32,000 nt of DNA from Flavobacteriaceae bacterium (lineage in GTDB: Bacteria; Bacteroidota; Bacteroidia; Flavobacteriales; Flavobacteriaceae): contig OZ245049.1 in NCBI GenBank assembly GCA_965224465.1, forward strand, positions 2,070,001 through 2,102,000, read 5' to 3'. Shown in pieces: positions 21,701-30,700 of the stretch. Made by a program: the position numbers and the translations under genes. The notes under the pieces were generated by a model. That model was not told the origin of the DNA and made no database searches. It saw nothing but the letters and a program-made list of their open reading frames with translations. How positions within the stretch are numbered: position 1 is the first letter of the stretch; every line of letters starts with the position of its first letter.

Positions 21701-24700
21701 AGTAACTCCATCTCCATCGGTATCTATTATCACAATAGCAGCTACAGCAATTTGAATATTTGCAGTTGCAAGACCGCCAGCAACATCCTTAATTTCGTAG
21801 GAAAAACTTACAGACCCCACATAATTAGCATCAGGAATAAAACTGATTGTACCATTCGTCGCTACCTCAACTGTTCCATTTGTTACAGGTATTGTTTGTA
21901 CAATACTAGGGGTTAACGTAACAGCATTTATAGAAAACACAGATACAACACCTCCTGTAGCAGACTCCGAATCATTCCCTAAAGGTGTTAATATAATGGA
22001 TATATCTTGATTTGTGGTATAGGCATCATCTACTGCAATCGGTAATATAAGGGTTAACTTTGTTTGATTTTCTTGCGTACAATAACTACTTGGATGTGAC
22101 ACAATCACCTTATACACATTATCTACCATTGTAGCATTGACAAGGGCTAAAATTAAATTTTCACCTGTTTCCGCAGGAGAAAAATCGACAAAACCACTCC
22201 CTGTATCCACTTGCCAATTATATGTAAGCGAAGCTGTATCATCTGTATAATCAGGCACACCATTGCTAAATGTAGTAGCTACTTGGGCAGAAGCCCCAGC
22301 AGACAAAGTTAAGGTAGTTAATCCAGTAATATCCGTGGTCGTACCCAGGACAGTATTTATTGTTATCTTAGCAGCTGACAAAGCACTAGCCGTATACGTT
22401 GAGGTATAATTTATAGTACTTGAAGTTCCACTCTCAAAACCATCCAACAAACCATTAGAATTAACATCAGCACCTGTATTGTAATTTACAACATCATTTG
22501 TAGATGTACCTGTAGTTGATGCTTCCATTGAATCTGAACAACCATCGTTATCTGAATCTAGATCTAAATAATCAGGAACCCCATCTCCATCGGTATCTTT
22601 CTCACCACTACATGGGACTGTAAAATACTCTAAAATAGACATCTCAACTCCAAACCCATCCGAACCAAGAATTTGACCTTGGTGAAAATTAAGATCTATC
22701 AACATTGGGTTAATAGCTGTAATCGAAGAAAAATCATTAAATACCATTCCCCAAAAAGCAGTATCCGCTGGATTATAATGATTATCCGCAGTCCAATTTG
22801 AAGGCGTTAAGTCCCAATCATAATAGGTTCCTTCTCCTTCTTTTAATATAGTTCCAGGAAGAATCTCATCACTATCTGTTAAACCTTGAATATTACCATC
22901 TTGAGCATCTGGATAATTTTGATAAATAGCATTACCTACATTCGTAGAAATAATCTCCCAAGAAGAATAATTTGAATTTGCAGTTCCCGAAGGAGATCTA
23001 TAAAAACGATAATCTAGACCTTCATCAAAATAAACACCATTTCTAGGGATAAATTCTAACTTAAATAAATAAGTAGCTTTAAGAGCACTACCACTCCCAT
23101 AAACTATTCGCATTCCTACTTTATTACCATTTTGCATACTAGCCACAGATCTTAGAAAATTTTGTGGATCATCAATTCTTAATTGACCTAAGACAGTTCC
23201 TGTTCCTAAATCTGTAATATCAGACTCCCAAGCAGTTCCGTTTTTAACAGTTACAGATTGCGCTAAAGAAGATACAGCTAGCCCATCTCCAGAAGCACAG
23301 TAATACATTTCATCTTTATCTAAAATACCATCATTATCATCATCTATATCCACCAAATCTTTTATGCCATCGCTATCTACATCCGCACACAGACTTAAGA
23401 AATCCGACTGTGCATATTTCAAATAGGTAGAGGTATAGTTTAGCTTCCCTGAATCGGCAGATGTTTCTACACTATCTTCCAAACCATTGACACCAACATT
23501 GGCCGCTGGAAAAGCAAAATTTACTGTCTCATCCGTGGTTGCCCCTGCTTCGAGAGCATCTGAACAACCATCGTTGTCTGAATCAGAATCTAAGTGATTA
23601 TAGATTCCATCACCATCCGTATCTGCATCACAATTAGGTTTCGGATAATCCTGCGGATCAAAACCAGCTTCATCAATCAGCAATTCTAATTCTCCATAGC
23701 CATTCGAATACGTTGTACCAGAAACACCTAACAAGCGGTAATATTTATAAACAGCACTGTTTTGAGTTACAGCAAACACATCTTCGTCAGGAATAGGATT
23801 TGTGATATGTGTACTACTGGTATTTAGGTCTATCCACGTATTATCATCGTTACTTCCTTGTAAAGTAAGTACTCCATTATTAAAAAACCCATACGTACTG
23901 GCGTAATTAAACTTCAAACTTTCCAGCTCTAATGCGTTTGCTAATTCTACTTTATAAACTTCTTTTCCAGCGATGGCTTGTGAATTATTAAACCTTGGAT
24001 TGCTCGCTGTTGTTTTTACTCCATCGATAGAACTCTCTATTGGATTTGTTGCATAGGTTAGCATTTCTGAACTCACGACAAAACCATCTACAGTACTTCG
24101 GTCTCCCGTTAGCGGAAGATCACTTATCGTATAATAACAATTCGGTGACTCTACAACATCTAAAACACCATCATTATCATCATCTATATCTACCAAATCT
24201 TTTATACCATCGCTATCTGTATCCGCACATAGACTTAAGAAATCTGATTGTGCATATTTCAAATATGTAGAGGTGTAGTTTACCTCCCCAGAATCGGCAG
24301 ATGTTTCTATACTATCTTCCAATCCATTGACACCAACATTGGTCGTTGGAAAAGCAAAACCTGTAGTTTCGTCTGTGGTTGCACCAGCTTCAAAAGCATC
24401 TGAACAACCATCGTTGTCTGAATCAGAATCTAAATGGTTATAGATTCCATCACCATCTAGATCATCTGCACAGACTGCTTTCGGAAAATCATGTGTATTA
24501 AAACCAACCATCGTAGGTGATATTTCGTACACCCTATTGTAGTATGTTTTTCCTGAAACCCCTAGAATCCTATATTTACTATAGACATCTCCTGTCTGAT
24601 TAAAACTATAGGTATTGGTTCCGTTTACACCTTGAGTCTCAGACAAATTACCCGTTACGCTTACCCAGTCCGTTCCATTAAATGCTTGCCACTTAAACAC

Positions 24701-27700
24701 TGCAGCCGTTTGAAACATACTATAATTATAAACCACAGACATTTGCGTTAATTCTACAGGGAATTCAAGTGTTACTTCATAAACTGCCTCCCCTGTAATA
24801 TCGGTTCCATTGACACCATAAGCAGCCATATTATCTAAAACTCCATCGTATAACTCGGTAAAAGAATTGGCAGCACTTGTACTGTAATTTGTCAATGTTG
24901 TTGTGACGTCTTTTATTTTTACATCATCTATTGAATAATAACAATTTGGTGATTCTACAACATCTAAGACACCATCATTATCATCATCTATATCTACCAA
25001 ATCTTTTATACCATCATTATCTGTATCCGCACACAGACTTAAGAAATCCGACTGTGCATATTTCAAATATGTAGAGGTATAGTTTACCTTCCCTGAATCA
25101 GCAGTTATTTCTACACTATCTTCCAAACCATTGACACCAACATTGGTTGTTGGAAAAGCAAAATCTACTGTCTCATCCGTGGTTGCCCCTGCTTCGAGAG
25201 CATCTGAACAACCATCGTTGTCGGAATCAGAATCTAAGTGATTATAGATTCCATCACCATCCGTATCTGCATCACAATTTGTTTTCGGAAAATCGTGCGG
25301 ATCAAAACCAGCTTCATCAATCAGCAATTCTAATTCTCCATAGCCATTCGAATACGTTGTACCAGAAACTCCCAACAAGCGGTAATATTTATAGACCGCA
25401 CTGTTTTGAGTTACAGCAAACACATCTTCGTCAGGGATAGGATTTATTGTATGTGTACTACTTGTATTTAAATCTACCCATGTACTATCATCGTTACTCC
25501 CTTGCAAAGTAAGTACTCCATTATTAAAAAAACCATACGTACTTGCGTAATTAAACTTCAAACTTTCCAGTTCTAATGCGTTTGGTAATTCTACTTTATA
25601 AACTTCTTTTCCTGCGATGGCTTGTGAATTATTAAACCTTGGATTACTCGCTATTGTTTTTACTCCATCAATAGAACTCTCTATTGGATTTGCCGCATAG
25701 GTTAGCATTTCTGAACTCACAACAAAACCACTTACAGCACTTCGGTCTCCCGTTAGCGGAAGATCACTTATCGCATAATAACAATTCGGAGATTCTACAA
25801 CATCTAAAACACCATCATTATCATCATCTATATCTACCAAATCTTTTATGCCATCGCTATCTGTATCCGCACACAGACTTAAAAAATCTGATTGTGCATA
25901 TTTCAAATATGTAGAGGTGTAGTTTACCTCCCCAGAATCGGCAGAGGTTTCTATACTATCTTCCAAACCATTGACACCAACATTGGTCGTCGGAAAAGCA
26001 AAATCTACTGTCTCATCCGTGGTTGCACCAGCTTCAAAAGCATCAGAACAACCATCATTATCTGAATCAGAATCTAAGTGATTGTAGATTCCATCACCAT
26101 CTAGGTCATCTGTACAGACTGCCTTTGGAAAATCATGTGCATTAAAATCAACCATCGTAGGTGATATTTCGTACACCCTATTGTAGTATGTTTTTCCTGA
26201 AACCCCTAGGATTCTATATTTACTATAGACATCTCCTGTCTGATTAAAACTATAGGTATTGGTTCCGTTTACACCTTGAGTTTCAGACAAATTACCCGTT
26301 ACGCTTACCCAGTCCGTTCCATTAAATCCCTGCCACTTAAACACTGCAGCCGTTTGAAACATACTATAATTATAAACCACAGACATTTGCGTTAACTCTA
26401 CAGGAAATTCAAGTGTTACTTCATAAACTGCCTCCCCTGTAATATCGGTTCCATTGACACCATAAGCAGCCATATTATCTAGAACTCCATCATATAACTC
26501 GGTAAAAGAATTGGCAGCACTTGTACTGTAATTTGTTAATGTTGTTGTGGCGTCCTTTATTTTTACATCAGCTATTGAATAATAACAATTCGGTGATTCT
26601 ACAACATCTAAGACACCATCATTATCATCATCTATATCTACCAAATCTTTTATACCATCATTATCTGTATCCGCACACATACTTAAGAAATCCGACTGTG
26701 CATATTTTAAATATGTAGAGGTATAATTTAGTTTCCCTGAATCGGCAGATGTTTCTACACTATCTTCCAAACCATTGACACCCAAATTGGTAGTTGGAAA
26801 AGCAAAATCTACTGTCTCATCCGTAGTTGCCCCTGCTTCAAAAGCATCTGAACAACCATCACCATCTGAATCTAAATCTACATGGTTGTAAATGCCATCA
26901 TTATCTAGATCATCTGAACAGGTGTTTTTGGGAAAATCGTGCGGATCAAAACCAGCTTCATTAATCAGCAATTCTAATTCTCCATAGCCATTCGAATACG
27001 TAGTCCCAGAAACACCTAACAAGCGGTAATATTTATAGACTGCACTGTTTTGAGTTACAGCAAACACATCTTCGTCAGGAATAGGGTTTGTTGTATGTGT
27101 ACTACTTGTATTTAAATCTACCCATGTACTATCATCGTTACTTCCCTGCAAAATAAGTACTCCGTTATTAAAAAACCCATACGTACTGGCATAATTAAAC
27201 TTCAAACTTTCCAACTCTAATGCGTTTGGTAATTCTACTTTATAAACTTCTTTTCCTGCGATGGCTTGCGAATTATTAAACCTTGGATTACTCGCTGTTG
27301 TTTTTACTCCATCAATAGAACTCTCTATTGGATTTGCCGCATAGGTTAGCATTTCTGAACTCACAACAAAACCACTTACAGCACTTCGGTCTCCCGTTAG
27401 CGGAAGATCACTTATCGTATAATAACAATTCGGTGATTCTACAACATCTAAAACACCATCATTATCATCATCTATATCTACCAAATCTTTTATACCATCA
27501 TTATCTGTATCCGCACATAGACTTAAGAAACCCGACTGTGCATATTTCAAATATGTAGAGGTGTAGTTTACCTCCCCAGAATCGGCAGAGGTTTCTACAC
27601 TATCTTCCAAACCATTGACACCAACATTGGTCGTTGGAAAAGCAAAATCTGTAATTTCGTCTGTGGTTGCTCCAGCTTCAAAAGCATCTGAACAACCATC

Positions 27701-30700
27701 ATTATCTGAATCAGAATCTAAGTGATTGTAGATTCCATCACCATCTAGATCATCTGTACAGACTGCTTTTGGAAAATCATGTGCATTAAAATCAACTATA
27801 GTAGGTGATATTTCGTACACCCTATTGTAGTATGTTTTTCCTGAAACCCCTAGGATTCTATATTTACTATAAACATCTCCTGTCTGATTAAAACTATAGG
27901 TACTGGTTCCGTTTACACCTTGATTTTCAGACAAATTACCCGTTACGTTTATCCAGTCCGTTCCATTAAATGCTTGCCACTTAAACACTGCAGCCGTTTG
28001 AAACATACTATAATTATAAACCACAGATATTTGCGTTAACTCTACAGGAAATTCAAGTGTTACTTCATAAACTACCTCCCCTGTAATATTGGTTCCATCT
28101 ACACCATAAGCAGCCATATTATCTAAAACTCCATCGTATAACTCGGTAAAAGAATTGGCAGCACTTGTACTGTAATTTGTCAATGTTGTTGTGGCGTCTT
28201 TTATTTTTACATCAGCTATTGAATAATAACAATTTGGTGATTCTACGACATCTAAAATACCATCATTATCATCATCTAAATCCACATCATCCATAATACC
28301 ATCACCGTCTGTATCAACTGAAGGAAAAACAATCCCTATTGGATCTTTAATCTCTCCTCCTACAGTACTTTCATCTCCCGCTTCGCCATCAGTTAATGTA
28401 TAGCTCAGGACAGGCACATTTAGCCCTCCAATTAACTCAGAAGAAATAGCGAAATTTTTTGTAGTATAACTCGCATCATTTGCTCCAGGAATGGAAGACC
28501 CAAATTTACGAATGAGATCAATAGAAGTAGATCCATGCCAATATAATTTAACAGCAACAGATTCTCCAGGGTTGTTACACTCCACGGTATAGTTTAACAA
28601 ACCAAAAGGATAATCATAGGCACTGTCAAGTTGCCCTACTTCGTTTTCTAACAATCCGTCTATCTGAATAATTTTATTACAAGTAGCACTTGTAATTTCA
28701 AGTGTTATATAAGATTTCCCTAGAGCATCTTCTAAAGAAGCAACATTCCCTTGTGCAGAATCTAGTGTTCCGTCTCCATTACCATCCCCATTATTAGGTC
28801 CCGCATCTTCTACAGAAGCACTTATTCCATCTCCATCGTCTGTTAAACACTGTTTTATTACTGGGTCTATTACATTTGCATAGGTTGCAATATAATTTGG
28901 AATCCCATCGTTATTCAAATCTACAGCATCTACTAGTCCATCATTATTCGTATCTGCTCCCGTAAATTGATAATCAACTTCCAACTTTGTAGTAGCACCT
29001 GATTCATACGCATCCGAACAACCGTCACCATCAGAATCTAAATCTAAATGATTTGGAATTGTATCATTATCTATATCGCTATCACAACTAACTGAGATCC
29101 CTCCATGTATCCTCCCAGGCAACCAACCATGTGTAAAATTCACAAAGGCTAGCCCTGTATATTCTATTTTTGTAACTTTTAAATCAGAGGCGTCAAAGCT
29201 TATATATTTACCCGCTTGTAAATTTGGAGCAATTGCATAGGTTGACATTAAGCCATAGGTATTATCTTGAACCAACTGAGATCCCGCTTCCCCTAAAGCC
29301 AATCCGTTTTTATCTACAAACCTAGTACCCCAACCATTTGCATTATTATACACAAGCGTGGTTCCGTCTATCAAAGTAACTTTAAACTCACTAATTGACT
29401 CATGTGGCCCCGAAGGCTCAAAATCGCTCCACCTATAGATCAGACCTTCAATATAAAACGGATTTCCTGTACCTGTTTCTGTAAAAGTAATTGTTTGCGT
29501 AGTTCCTGTTGAAGCCCTAGAATAATAACCATCAGCACTACTAGCTATCCCAGAAATAGCAGGACTAAAACGAACGTCAAAAGAAGCTCCCGAACTTAGA
29601 ACAAAAGGTCCTTGAGTAGCTGTAGAAGACATCGCAACTTTTCCCAAAGACACATTGGTTGAAGCAGCTGTTTCAAAATTAGCCAATTCTCCCCTTGATA
29701 GAGAAACACCTCCTAGGCATTCATCAACATCTAAAATCCCATCATTATCATCATCTATATCTAAGACATCACCTATACCATCATTATCAGAATCCGCACA
29801 AGCGTTTAAGCCTGCTGAAATAGCAATGCTATAATCTAAGGTATAATTAATGGTTCCTGTTGCCCCATTTTCAAATTGATCTAGCAATCCATTATTATTA
29901 AGATCTACCCCTGTATTATAATTTACACTATCATTGTTTGACGCCAAAACCACTCCTACTTCTACACTATCCGAACATCCATCGCCATCAGAATCTAAAT
30001 CTAGATGGTTTGGAATCCCATCACTGTCGGTATCTGGACAAGTAAAAATTGGATTATTTAAAGCTGCTACCGCAGAAACATTAATAGACCACCAATATTC
30101 TCCTATATTAACATTAAAAGAAAAAGCACTTACCTCTGTATTTATTAACTTTATAGAACCTTCCATGTAAGACCCTATATTATAAGCTACATCTGTAGTT
30201 TCGTTAACATGTAAATTTGTTCCACCTGCTCCTCCTGCAAACACCTTTTCAATATCAGTATTAAAAGTAGCTTTCATTGCTTGTGCTCCAGCTCCAAAAG
30301 ACCAAAAATGTACATGAGGCATATATATTGGTTCGGAGAATGTTAACGTATAAGTTCCCGCTTTATCTAATTGAGGAATAAAACTACTAAAAGGCTTACC
30401 ATCTGGTTTAGGGCAAAATTGTGCATTAGAACTTTGCCAATAATTATAAGTAGTAGCACGTGTTCCTACAGGAGCCTCTAAAGTAACCGTTATTGTTCTA
30501 TCTAACATTACCATTTCACCAGTATAAATAGTCCCTGATTGAGATTTCCAATCAATAAAAGTCTGTTTGTTTGCTAAAGGAGCACATTCCCCTACCTCTT
30601 CAGCGGGAGGACATTCATCCTTATCTAAAATCCCATCATTATCATCATCTATATCTGTAATATCTAAAACACCATCGCCATCTGTATCGACACAATTAGG

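Noticed and set aside
10244-21724. CRISPR-like or satellite interpretation of the 228-bp array
   Set aside because: There is no repeat-spacer alternation; the whole unit repeats. The period is a multiple of 3, it is in frame with flanking coding sequence, variation respects codons, and no cas genes are present.
10079-21724. The higher GC of the repeat array relative to its flanks as a sign of horizontal transfer
   Set aside because: The shift follows from amino-acid composition (Asp/Gly/Thr/Pro/Ala-rich units). The array is in frame within a gene whose other parts have the local composition. No GC value was computed.
10694-21916. Very long plus-strand ORFs across the repeat array, for example 16161..21755 (1864 aa) and 10731..13976 (1081 aa), plus a Cys-rich second frame (MGFCDACYCQ...)
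   Set aside because: These are antisense shadows. If one 228-bp unit lacks a stop in a frame, the whole array is open in that frame. The breaks in the long frame (TGA at 14502-14504, and likewise near 15186 and 16152) are created by a synonymous Thr codon (ACT instead of ACC/ACG) in the minus-strand gene. Selection therefore acts on the minus frame, not on these. The products are low-complexity S/V/P/F or C/W/I strings with no start context, and several begin at GTG.
24040-27558. His/Leu-rich 65-97-aa plus-strand ORFs recurring every 1644 nt (24040, 25147, 25684, 26521, 27328)
   Set aside because: They are shadows of the Asp-rich linkers of the (A-B)x3 repeat: GAT/GAC codons read in reverse give ATC/GTC and CAT-type strings. 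Their periodicity only mirrors the minus-strand repeat.
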